A DNA stretch of 39,540 nucleotides from Trypethelium eluteriae (Eukaryota), in NCBI GenBank assembly GCA_051942245.1, contig JAVECL010000178.1, positions 1 through 39,540 on the forward strand, given 5' to 3'. The translations under genes were made by a program, and so were the position numbers. The first letter of the stretch is position 1, and each line of letters starts with the position of its first letter. Positions 23,723 to 35,500 of this stretch are shown one piece after another. The notes beneath the pieces are model-generated. The model saw only the letters and a list, made by a program, of their open reading frames with translations. It searched no databases and had not been told where the DNA came from.

Positions 23723-25381
23723 ATGCATAGCCGGGACGTGCTTCGTAGTACCGCCTCACAAACAATGGAGTCCCAGGTCAATGATGCCCGCAGCCATGGC
23801 CTCGACACTCTTGCCAGCGACAAATCCGAGGCAGCCTATGCAGAAGCATTGAATGCAACCGAGGAGCATCTGCGTAACATGCAACAAGAGTTCACCAAAC
23901 ACCACAAACCACTGACTGAAAACGTCCAGCATGGAAAGATTGTGGTGCTGACCCTATATTGGGAAGAGTCGGATATGGACGGTCTTGTCCAAGAGGTCAG
24001 TTCCACAGACACGGGAGAGGAGAGCCTTTGTACTACACTGTTCATATTTTGGAAAGGAATTAAATGGCTGAAACTGACAGCTTCTAAGGTTCGCGATCTC
24101 GAGTCAGTTTTCAAAATGAATTTCGCGGCCGACACTCGTACATGCGTGATCAATTCCAAGAGCGTCCATCTTCCCGGGACTCAAGTTGAGCATGCGATTC
24201 AAAACTTCTACTATGACTTTGAAGGCCAGAATGCTCTATATGTTGTCTACTACGCTGGTCATGGTTGGGAAGATGAGAGCCCAGAAGCAGATGGTGGGCT
24301 CAAGCTCGGAGAGTATGTCAACGACCCTAGATATTGTAGGCATGCTCTCACCCTTTGACGCAGATCCACGGCGCAGAAGGCTATGAAGAACCCGAACAAT
24401 ACGTTGGTCTGGAACAATGCTGAAAAGGGGCTACAAGGAAAAAACGCCGACATCCTTTTAATATTTGACTGTTGTCACGCTGGTCTACTGCGGATGGACC
24501 GTGGATACCACACATTCGAATTCCTTGGAGCCTGTGAAAAGGGTGAGACAACGCCGCCGCCCGGCTACACCTCCTTCACGCGAGCTCTAATCTGGGCATT
24601 GAAGAGAATGGCCGAAGAACATCCGCAAGGGTTCTCAACTATGCAACTCAAAAACAGAATAAGCAACTACGAACATTTTGATACCAATAAGGAGCAGCAT
24701 ATCTCTCTTTCCCTTCGGGAGCGCCTCACAAGTAGAAGGCATGTCTTCATCACCCCAAGGACTTCTACCTCAAGCTCTGTTCCAAACGAAACCCAGACAC
24801 AAGAGTCTACAGATCATTCGACACCGGGAGAATGGCTTGATTTTCGACTATACTTCAACCGTTACCAATCCCTCGAAGACATACACAAGTTGGCCGATGA
24901 CTTCACCGGATTCGTATGGGATCATAGAGACCAAGAGTTACACGAAGTCGAGCTCGAAAACAAATCAAGTCGTATCCGCTTATTCCCAAAAGATCGGTGG
25001 CGTTGGGCCGTGAATAATTTACGACGGCGAGCCGGTTCGCTGTTGACGCCATTGATGAATCCTGCTGAGTTTGTCGTCGCTTCGAGCGTCGCGCTGATCC
25101 CCGATATCGCGACTACACCGCAAAGGCCGACTTTAGAGGTAGATACTGCCGTATTTCAAGCTGGGGCCTCACCTCAACTACGTGTCACATCAACAGATCC
25201 AGGGATTCCAGGCCTTGCGACACCTGCACGAACCGATGGGACTATAAGTGGCGATGACACTATAGAGAAGCAAAGTACTGATAGTACGGGCTCGAGAAAG
25301 CGTTCACGTGAGCATCAAGAACATAAAGACGTAGAACTAATGATCAGACGTCCAAAAAAGCGCAGAACACGCTCAAATTAA
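23723..25381 (+). CDS. Caspase/hemoglobinase-fold (clan CD, C14-like) protease, not the canonical Mca1 (~504 aa)
   Basis: Exons 23723-23995, 24089-24312, 24364-25381 in frame. VLTLYW first strand, YVVYYAGHG (His codon 24260) and DILLIFDCCHAG (Cys codon 24470) dyad, FLGAC..SFTRAL; basic tail RRPKKRR. Confidence 0.85.
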
Positions 25382-26324
25382 TGTAACTCAAACTCAAGCT
25401 ATCTCTGTGGGCCTGTGGGACACTGGACATCGGATGATCGGAGGGATTCTTTCTTTGCATATCGACCTTCAGATCTTGCCGTTTTGGGAAGTCCCCAGAG
25501 CGACAGACTTCAACACATTTCATTGATTGAGGGTCAGAGATGAGACATAGGATCCTTATAACCACAAGAAAAACCAGATTTCACTGCCAAATATTGTAAA
25601 TGGTGTATTTCGTATCACTTGAGGGAATAGCAGTCAGTGTATATGTCACACGAGCAGACTCCTGGTTGATTAAGTGCGGGGAAATATTACTTCTATGGTG
25701 TGAAAGGGATCATTGATGGCTTTTCAAAGTCCTCTTCGACAATCAGGGATTAAATCATGATGGCGTCTAAGTCTATGCAAATTTAAATCGTAGCGAAGGG
25801 CCTTGTTGTGCAGTCAACACGATTTTAATAGAATTGTGGCAGTGTCGCAGTAGTACGAAGCTAGTCCTAATATATCTTAGCCCATCCAAATTGATTGTGG
25901 GAATGTGAGTTGAGGACTTGAGGGTGAGGCGGCCGTTCCCTACCCCTTAGACGCCTGCCCCATTTATTAAACATTGTTCTTGTTCGGGTATTCTATGTGC
26001 TGGAGAATTGGTAACTGGATTTACTATTTGTAGAAAAGGACCCTTAGATGTTTTCACACCCTTTAGGCAGGCCTGGCAGGAGAGGTACGTACCGTAGTTC
26101 GGACTCATTAAGAGTTTTCTCAAGCGGCTCACTCCAGCTCATCTTCCCATCAGGTCGCTCAGCCACTGTCCACCCTTTGCTCACTCCCATTTCTGGGCCC
26201 ATTATTCATTGAATGTCTAATGCATCTATACTTGTCCTTTTCATGGACTTTTAAGTCGTTCTCCTGTGGTGGACCTTTGTTTGGGACCATTCAGGAAGAT
26301 ATCGCATAATATTAGAACAATAAT

Positions 26325-27257
26325 CATGATAAAAAAAAAATATAAATTTAAAATAAAAAAAATCCTGCAAAAAAATAAAATAAAAAATACTTAATAAAGT
26401 GGAAAGAATACCTAAACTTAAAAAATACTTAAAAATTAAAAAAAAAAAAAATTTAAGTATAAAAAAAAAATATAACAGTATTAAAGAAAAGCTTACTAAT
26501 AATAAAAAGATTCTAAAAGAATAAAAAATAATTGTTTAATACCCCCTAAGTAAATAAAAAAAAAGTAAAAATAATGGGATTAAAAAAAGGGGTTAAAAAT
26601 TCTAATTTTATGCACTTAAGTTTTTTAATATTTTTTTTTTTTATAAAAATAGCTTTAGCCGTATAATAATTTAAAGTTGTATTACTGTTTATAAAGAAGG
26701 TAAGTATTATAATTATTAAACTAAAGGTAGACTTTATAAACCTAATTATATTTAATATATATATTGCATTTATTAATTATAATAAAATTAAAAAATTTAA
26801 TAAAAAATACTAAATTATAACAATAATTAATACTACTTATAAATTAAAAAGGCATAAAGAATTATAAAGGTTTAAAAATAAACCTAAAAAAGAGAGGGGG
26901 TAATATTATAATTATAATTGCTGCAAAATACAATAAGGTTAATAGCACATAGAATATTATAATAAGGTATAAAAATAAAAAAACCAAAGTTTAACTAAAT
27001 AATTAATAGCAGCCTAAATTAATTAATATTAAACAGTAATGCTTAATATTAAGTATTATTACTTAAATATAAGTATAGCAGGAGGGTAATTAAGTAGGCT
27101 ACATCACTGTAAGTATAAAGGAAAGCATTATATTACCCTCTGGCTGAGGTTTTTTTACATCTTATTTATAATATTATATTTTATAATTAGTTATAAGTTA
27201 ATTAAATAAGTTCTTATTTTTTATAAGTTATTTAAAGCTTAGTAACCTTTTTATATA
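26325..27257 (+). mobile_element. Truncated, heavily RIP-mutated 3' end of a chromovirus (B-like), opposite orientation to the others
   Basis: Chromodomain relic ~26330-26480 and following DNA align by eye to the reverse complement of ~30150-30880. PPT AGAGAGGGGG at 26891; LTR starts ~26904 and is cut at 27257. Confidence 0.8.
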
Positions 27258-29660
27258 TGTTATGAGCCTATACCCCCTGGTACAAGCACGGCTTGTAGCA
27301 GGTACGTAGAAGGGTCTCAGGAGTTTTTCACGTAGGAGCGGAGTGTTAAGGATCCAATAATGTAAGAAGGGTCACTAAGCTTTGAACAACTTAATAATAA
27401 ATAAGGTCTTATTTAATTTAGCTTATAATTAACTGTAGGTATTATTGTGGTATAATAATAATAAAGTAATAAAACATAAGGAGAAGAATAAAAGTGTGCC
27501 TAAAACCCAGTTCCTTAAATATTTATTCCTTCTTTATTACAGTCTTCCTTTTTGCTGGTATTGCAATAAAAAGGGCAAAATATTATCTTGCTCTTTATAA
27601 GATAAGATCTTACTTATCTTACTGCGAGATAGTTAAAGTGTTTATACCATATTTTTGCTTATTTTTATTACAAAACGCGCTTAATATTACATAATTAGTG
27701 CACTACAAGTAATAGCTACCTTTAACACGTCTTTAGCTAAGAGTATTTATAATATTAATCCCCTCTTTTTTAATTATATATCCTTATGTGGAACATAAAT
27801 AGGATTAATCCTGCTTTCCATCTATTTAGTAAGATATTTTCCTCTAAACTTTACTGCTATTATTTATCCTTAGAGATTAAAAACTTTGGCCTCCTAATTT
27901 TATTACTCTATAACCTTTACCTCTTTTATAATTATGTTTATATTATTATAAAGTCTTATACTAAGTATTCTAAATGTATAAAAATAAGGAAACTGTATGT
28001 AAACTTATTATAATTTTTTCTTAATTATACTTAAGAGGAATATACTAAAAAAGTATTAAAAAATAAGAAAAAGCTTACTAAAGTATTTGCTTATTTTATG
28101 CATTATAAAAAGATTCTTTATTACGCTAAGGAATGCACAAAATAAAAAACTAAATATGCTCTTAATAAGTTAAATAAAGGTGCGGTTAATAAAAATAATT
28201 ATCCTGCTGCTGCTGCTATTATTAATCTTTCTCCCTTACTATGGGAAATTTTTGCTAGTATTAAAAATATAATTATTATAAGTAAGTTTTCCCTTTTCTT
28301 TTAAATTTAGGTATTATTATATTTTTTCTCCATACTTAAATAATATTTTTTTTATTTTTTAAGTGTTTTTTAAGCTTAGGTATCCTTTTTATTTTATTAA
28401 ATACTTTTTATTTTTTTTTTTGCAGGATTTTTTTTACTTTAAACTTATATTCTTCTTCTAATTCATACCTAAATACTTTTGCGCATAATATATTTTTATT
28501 TATTAACTTTAGTAAGAATAAATAAAATACCGGGTGGACTTAAATATCCTGCGGAAGGTTTAACTTATAATTAACCTTATTTTTTCTTTCTTTAATAATA
28601 AATAGACTGACCTTTATTATATTAAGTTTTTTATAAGGTTTTTTTGGTTTTAAATTTTTTATAAGTAAATATATTTTATCCCCCTTTTTTAATTAAAGTT
28701 TATTTACTTTTTTATTGCTTTAAATTAAGCTTTTATTTTTTTTATTAATATTCCTGGCTATTTTATTGTGTACTATTTTTATTATCTTTTTATAATCTTC
28801 TCCCAGTATTAATATTATTATAATAGGTATTAATTAAATTAATAGTGGGATATATCCTATTAACCCTTAAATAGGCACGAATTTGGTTGTACTAAATTCT
28901 TTAGTATTAATACATAACTATGCTATAGGTAATAATAATACCCAATTATTTTATAGATTATTAATATAATATCTTAAAAATTATTCCAGTAATTAATTTA
29001 TTTATTTAGTTTGTCTGTTAGTCTCTTTATGGTATGCTATTAATAACTTAATTTTGGTTCCTAAGTTTATTATTAATATTTAAAAGAATTTGGCTGTAAA
29101 CCTTTTATCTCAGTCTAATATTATTAAGATAGGTAATCCGAAGTATAATATTACTCTTTTAAGGAGTATTTATGCTATTTTTTTTATTCCATATTTTTTG
29201 CTAAATAAAATTAGTATTATATACTTTATTAGTCTGCATATTATTATATAGATTGCTGTGTAAACTTCTCTAATTACTGGGTGCTTTAATGCAGGTAAGT
29301 CTGTAATAAAGTCCATTATAATCTGCTCCCAAGGCCTTATTAGTGCTTAAATAGGTTGGATAGTGCCCTTCCTTCTTTGGGTACTATATTTATTTCTTTT
29401 ATAGTAATTACATTTTGCTACATAACTTTGGACTTTCTATTTTATATTATTAAAAATGCAGTTTTGAGATATATTCCTAAATATTTATGCAACTCTAGGA
29501 TATCCATATTGCGGTTTATTATAATATCTTTAAATATAATAATTAACTTTATTATTTAGAATTTATAATTTTTAAGTAATAATAAGGAACTATTTATCCT
29601 TATCTTTTAAGATGTTAAGAATTAATCCAAACTCTTGGGAAATGCTTTTAAGAGTGCTGT
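27258..29660 (-). mobile_element. Chromovirus element A: 3' LTR (27258-~27754), PPT, antisense ORF, chromodomain and integrase part; interrupted by element B
   Basis: LTR begins TGTTATGAGCC on +. Pyrimidine tract at ~27760. 28330-29660 is collinear with 32600-33900. Confidence 0.88.
27834..28190 (+). pseudogene. RIP-degraded antisense ORF of element A (Zn2Cys6-type spacing + coiled coil)
   Basis: From 27909 reads Y-x2-Y-x6-Y-x8-Y-x2-C-x6-Y; TAY codons are the G>A RIP products of Cys TGY. Ends approximate. Confidence 0.65.
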
Positions 29661-29974
29661 TGTTATGAGCCTATACCCCCTGGTACAAGCACGGCTTGTA
29701 GCAGGTACGTAGAAGGGTCTCAGGGGTTTTTCACGTAGGAGCGGAGTGTCAAGGATCCAATAATGTAAGAAGGGTCACTAAGCTTTGAACAACTTAATGA
29801 TGAATAAGGTCTTATTTAATTTAGCTCGCAACTAACTGTAGGTATAGCTGGGTATAATAATGGTAATAAAACGCAAGGAGACCTCTATTAAAGGGCGATA
29901 TAGTGCTCATACTTATACCCACAACTCTTGTAGTCTGCTCAGCAATCTCCTCATTACGCTTGTGACTAAGTGAT

Positions 29975-30054
29975 AGTGCTCAGTACTAAGCACTGTTGCT
30001 CAGTACTAATCACTGTTGCTTAGTATTGATCACCGCTGCTCAGTACTAATCATT
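29975..30054. repeat. Four 20-bp tandem units with palindromic core in U3 of LTR B
   Basis: gctcagtactaagcactgtt / gctcagtactaatcactgtt / gcttagtattgatcaccgct / gctcagtactaatcatt; 29975-29994 is a 20-bp palindrome with one mismatch. Confidence 0.85.
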
Positions 30055-30211
30055 CCAGGCTACTACTGATTGTTCGGTTAAACTCCGGTTTCTTACCCTT
30101 GTTATGTACGGTGTTTTGTGCTGCGGACCCCGCCACTCTCTCACAATAACAACATTTATAACACTACCTCCTCCTCTCTTAAGGTTTGTCCTTAAACCCC
30201 CATAATTCCTT

Positions 30212-30620
30212 ATGCCTCCTTGTTTTATGAGTAGCACTAATTATTGTCGCAACCTAGTGTCTTTTATTAAATCCTTTGGTTTTATTATGGTTAATAAATG
30301 CAATACATGCATAAAGCATAATTAGGTTTGCAAAGTCCACCTCCGGTTTAATAATTGCAGTGCTTATCTCCTTTATAGGCAGTAATGTAACCTTTAAGTT
30401 TCTTAGTTAGAGTAAAAGTGGATATAGGTTAAAAAGGAAAAACTAAGGCATAATATTAAGGAAGCATATCAGGCTTAAGAAGAGGCTTGCTGGTTTTTTT
30501 AAACAGCGTTTATAAAGGAAATGCAACTTTATTAACAGCTTAACCTTCTAAATTATTATACAGCTAAAGCTATTTCTGTGGAGGAAAAAAATATTAAAAA
30601 GCTTAAATGTGTGGAATTAG
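30212..30620 (+). pseudogene. RIP-degraded antisense ORF of element B (Zn2Cys6-type spacing + coiled coil)
   Basis: In-frame ATGs at 30212/30227; 30299-30388 reads C-x2-C-x6-C-x8-C-x2-Y-x6-C with TAA/TAG stops. 3' end approximate. Confidence 0.72.
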
Positions 30621-31451
30621 AATTTTTAAAGCTTTTTTTTAACCCTTTTACATTTACTTTTTTCTTATCTACTTGGGGGGCTTTAAATAGCTATCCTCCA
30701 TTATTTTAGGATTCTCTTATTGCTGGTAAGTTTTTTAATATTGTTGTATTTTTTTTTTACACTTAGCTAGTATTTTTTTTATTTCCCAAGTGTTCTTTAA
30801 GTTTAGGTATCCTTTTTATTTTATTAAATATTTTTTATTTCTTTTTTATAAAATTTTTTCTACTTTAAACTTATGTTCTTCTTTTAATTTATAGCTAAAC
30901 ATCTCTGCACATAGTATGCTTTTATCCGCTAATTTTAATAGGGATAAATAAAACATTAGGTGGACTTAAGTGTCCTGCAGAAGGTTTAACTTATAATTAA
31001 CTTTATTCTTTCTTTTTTTAATAATAAATAAACCGACCTTTACTGCACTAAGCTTCTTGTAAAGTCTTTTTATTTTTAAATTTTTTGTAAGCAAATATAC
31101 TTTATCCCCCTTCTTTAGTTAAGGTTTATTTACTTTTTTGTTATTTTAAATTAAAATTTTGTTTCTTTTATTAATATTTTTGGCTATTTTATTATGTACT
31201 AATTTTATTATTTTTGCATAATCTTCTCCCAGTGCTAATATTACCTTAATAAGTACTGGTTAAACTGGTAGTGGTATATATCCTATTAACCCTTAAATAA
31301 GTATGAACTTAATTATACTGGATTCTTTGGTGTTAATACATAACTGTGCTATAAATAATAACAATACCTAATTATCTTATAGATTATTAATGTAGTATCT
31401 TAAGAATTATTCCAGTAATTAGTTTATTTATTTAGTCTGTTTATTAGTCTC

Positions 31452-31946
31452 TGTTATGAGCCTATACCCCCTGGTACAAGCACGGCTTGTAGCAGGTACG
31501 TAGAAGGGTCTCAGGGGTTTTTCACGTAGGAGCGGAGTGTCAAGGATCCAATGATGTAAGAAGGGTTACTAAGCTTTGAACAACTTGGTAATGAATAAGG
31601 ACTTGTTCAATTCGGCTTATAACTAACTATAGGTACAGTTTAGTATGATAATAAAATGCGAGGAAGTTAGTTAAGCTGGTTCCCTCCTACATATATATAC
31701 TTGTGATCTTCTTGATCACAGCTGTTATCCTTTTAATCAGATCTTTACTAATCTCGGGTTAATTATTACTGATTAGTGTGATAACCTGTGATCTGTGGGT
31801 GATCACCCTAGATTGCTTTATTCTGATCTATGGCTTATCACTACTAATTAGTTATGTGACCTTTACTTGTTACAACCTATCTGTGGAATGCTTGCAGCAA
31901 GTACAAAGGAGATGGTGTTCAGCTTTAACACGGCTGGGTTATAATA
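31452..31946 (-). repeat. 3' LTR of element C
   Basis: Direct repeat of 37688-38182 differing by transitions; followed on + by PPT complement CCTCTCCCCTTCTT. Confidence 0.95.
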
Positions 31947-32027
31947 TTACCTCTCCCCTTCTTAACTGTCGGCCTAACAGTTGTTCCGGTGTGGTATATA
32001 TAGCAGCTGATGATGTGTTCAACTGTT

Positions 32028-32460
32028 ATGGCTTCCGCCTGCATTCCCGCTTCTTCCACACTTCATTATTACTGTCTTATTGCTGAACTTTATAAGGCTT
32101 TTATTACAATACATCCTTGCCGTAACTGTGTGTGTTAAAAACTGGACTGCTGTATTAGTCCTAACTCTTAAAAATGTCTAGAATGTGTAAGGAGGAACTA
32201 TCCTTGCAATCTAGCCTTTTCTGAGGTTAATTTTAACAAAATTAACCATAAGATAAATCAGGTTTAGGATGAAATAATAAAATCCATAACTAAAACTAAT
32301 TATTTATGGAAATAATTAGAGTTCCTTTATAAGCATTAATAGTCCTTAGCTTTTAATAAGACTTAAAACATTCTAAACCTTAAGTCTAAGGAAGGAAAAC
32401 CTAAGGAGGTTGCTTTGCTTAAGGAGCAAAATCCTTTCCATATTATTCCCAGAATTGCGT
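32028..32460 (+). pseudogene. RIP-degraded antisense ORF of element C (Zn2Cys6-type spacing + coiled coil)
   Basis: ATG 32028; 32118-32207 reads CRNC-x6-C-x8-CLEC-x6-C with all six Cys intact and two TAA stops. 3' end approximate. Confidence 0.78.
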
Positions 32461-32539
32461 GGGATGTATTATTAAAGGAGTTAACCTCCTTTTTTATTAA
32501 TTTTTAACTTAATTAGATTCTTTTTAATAATGCGTTTTC

Positions 32540-35500
32540 CTCCTTAAATTTTAATATTGTTATATCTTTTTTTTATACTTAATTAGTGTGGTCCTTATTT
32601 TCTAAGTGTTTTTTAAATTTGGGTATCCTTTTTATTTTACTAAGTATTTTCTGTTTTCTTTTTATAGGATCTTTTTTACTTTAAACTTATGTTCCTCTTT
32701 TATTTTATAATTAAATATTTCTGCGCATAATATGCTTTTATTTACTAACTTTAATAGGGATAAATAAAATATTAGGTGGACTTAAGCATCCTACGGAAGG
32801 TTTAACTTGTAATTAACTTTATTTTTCTTTTTTTTAATAATAAATAGACTGACCTTTATTATATTAAGCTTCTTATAAGGTCTTTTTATTTTTAAATTTT
32901 TTGTAAGTAAATATACTTTATCCCCCTTTTTTAATTAAGGTTTATTTACTTTTTTGTTACTTTAAATTAAGCTCTTATTTCTTTTGTTAATATTCTTAGC
33001 TATTTTGTTGTGTACTATTTTTATTATCTTTTTATAATCTTCTCCCAATACTAATGTTACCGCAATAAGTATTAGTTAAATTAATAATAGTATATATCTT
33101 ATTAGCCCTTAAATAAGCGCGAACTTTATTATACTGGATTATTTAGTGTTAATGCACAACTATGCCATAGGTAATAACAATACCCAATTATCTTATAGAT
33201 TATTAATATAGTGTCTTAAGAACTGTTCTAGTAATTAGTTTATCCATTTAGTCTGTCTATTAGTCTCCTTATAATACGCTATTAATAACTTAGTTCTAAT
33301 CCCTAAGTTTGCTATTAATATTTAGAAGAATTTAGCTGTAAACCTTCTATCTCAATCCAATATTATTAAGATAGGTAATCCAAAGTATAATATTACCCTT
33401 TTAAAGAGTATTTATACTATTTTTTTTATCCCATATTTTTTGTTAAATAGAATTAGTATTATATACTTTATTAGTCTGCATATTATTACATAGATTGCTG
33501 TGTAGACTTTTCCAGTTACTGGGTGCTTTAACATAGGTAAGTCTGTAATAAAGTTTATTATAATCTGCTCCCAAGGCCTTATTAGTGCTTAAATTAGTTA
33601 AATAATGCCTTTTTTTTCTTTGGGTACTGTGCTTATTTCTTTTGTAGTAATTACATTTTGCCACATAACTTTGGACTTTTTATTTTATATTATCAAAAAT
33701 GCAGTTTTAAGATATATTCCTGAGTGTTTATGCAACTCTAGGATGTCCATATTGCAGTTTATTATAATATCTTTGAATATAATAATTAACTTTATTATTT
33801 AGAATTTATAATTTTTAAGTAATAATGGGGAACTATTTATCCTCATCTTCTAAGATATTAAAAACTAATCCAAACTTTTAGGAAATGCCTTTAAGAGTGC
33901 TATTATTTTTTTTTTTGAACACTGCTTAGTACACCTTTTCGCGTCTCTAATAATCTTCTTATTAACTTAACACATCCGCTCTTCCATTCTCTTTTTTTAG
34001 CGCGTAATGTATAATAAACTTGTATTGTCTAAGGAGTTCTGCCTATCTAACTTGTTGTTGGTTTAACTATTTTATTATTATAAATATTAACAGATTTTTG
34101 TGGTTAGTATAAACATCCAGTTTAGGTGTCCCTTTTATATACGCTCTTTAGTATTCTATTACTGCTATTATTGCCAGTAATTCCTTATTATGGATGTTAT
34201 AATTTAGTTCAGCAGGAGTTATTTTTTTTAAGTAGTATTTTATTAGTCTCCACTTCCTATCTACCCATTATAACAGGCAAGCGCCTATTATAAAATCTAA
34301 AGTATCCATCTCAAGCTTTAGTAATAACTTTGGGTTGCAGATTATTAGTTTTAGGTTTTTTATAATCTCTTTTTTAATAACTTTAAAAGCTCTTTTTTAT
34401 AGCTGTTCTTATTTAAATAATTGCTCACCCTTTATAAGGTCTGTAAGTAATTTTGCTTTCTTAGAATATTTAGGGATGAATTATTAATTAAAGTTTATAA
34501 ATCCTAAGAAACTTTAAACCCCCTTAATATTTATTAGCCTTAGCTATATTAAGACTAATTATACCTTTTCTGGTTTTATTTAAATCCAATTTTTTCCTAT
34601 TATATACCCTAAGAATATTACTTATTTTTAGTAGAAAATATACTTCTTTAGTAATAATTTAAGATTCCTTTTTTTTAAACATTTTAATACCATCTTTACA
34701 TATTTTACATATTCTTCCTTTATTTTGGAATAAATTAGTATATTATTAAGATATATAATTATAAAAATATTTAGATATAATTGTAATACATTATTAATCT
34801 GTTCTTAATAGGTTGTAGGTGCGTTTATTAATCCAAACAGTATTACTAAGGATTTAAATAGTCCATATTTTGTTCTAAATATAATTTTTTATTCCTTACC
34901 TTTTTTTATGCGGATGGAATTATAGGCATCTCTTTAATCTAATAATATAAGCTACTTTACTCTAATTAGGCGGTTTTTTAATTCTGCCGCATTAAGTAAT
35001 AGATACCTATTTTTAACCATAATAGCATTAAGTTTTTAGTAATTAACACATAATCACAGTTTTTTATTCTTCTTGGGAATAAAGAGTATAAGATGTCCTG
35101 CCAAAAACTCTAACTTTTGGATAAATCCTTTCTTAAGGTTTTCTTTTAGCTATTCTTAAAGCGTCTTTAGTTCTCTTTATAATTAGGGATATAAAGGTCT
35201 AAAAGTAGGTTACTTCCCTAGCTCTAATTTTATTTTATAGTCTTATAATTAGTATAGAGGCAGTACTTAATCTGCCCTCCCCTTTTTAAAGAGTGGCAAG
35301 TACTCTTTGTATTTAAAAGGTATTATTATAAGTTCAGCGTCTTTATACTTTGCATTATCCCTTAATTAACTTTTTACCTTTATTAAAGTGTTAGATACAC
35401 TAGACCTAGTTTATTCTTCTTAGTTATCCTTATTTATTAATATTAAAGCCACATTATAGCTTATCCTTATCTTATCCTTAAAGCAATTCTCTGCTCCTTT

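Larger units (their letters stand above)
29661..31451 (-). mobile_element. Chromovirus element B, 3' part: LTR 29661-30163, PPT, antisense ORF, chromodomain, integrase C-terminus
   Basis: TG...CA LTR of 503 bp; PPT complement CCTCCTCCTCTCTT at ~30167. Integrase is broken at GTCTC by element C and resumes at 38183. Confidence 0.9.

Noticed and set aside
29700..29740. Hammerhead ribozyme (GAAA and CUGAGA on the minus strand of the LTR)
   Set aside because: Core lacks CUGANGA spacing and there is no room for stems I and III between the motifs.
29975..30054. CRISPR-like array
   Set aside because: Head-to-tail repeats with no spacers, inside a fungal LTR, no cas genes.
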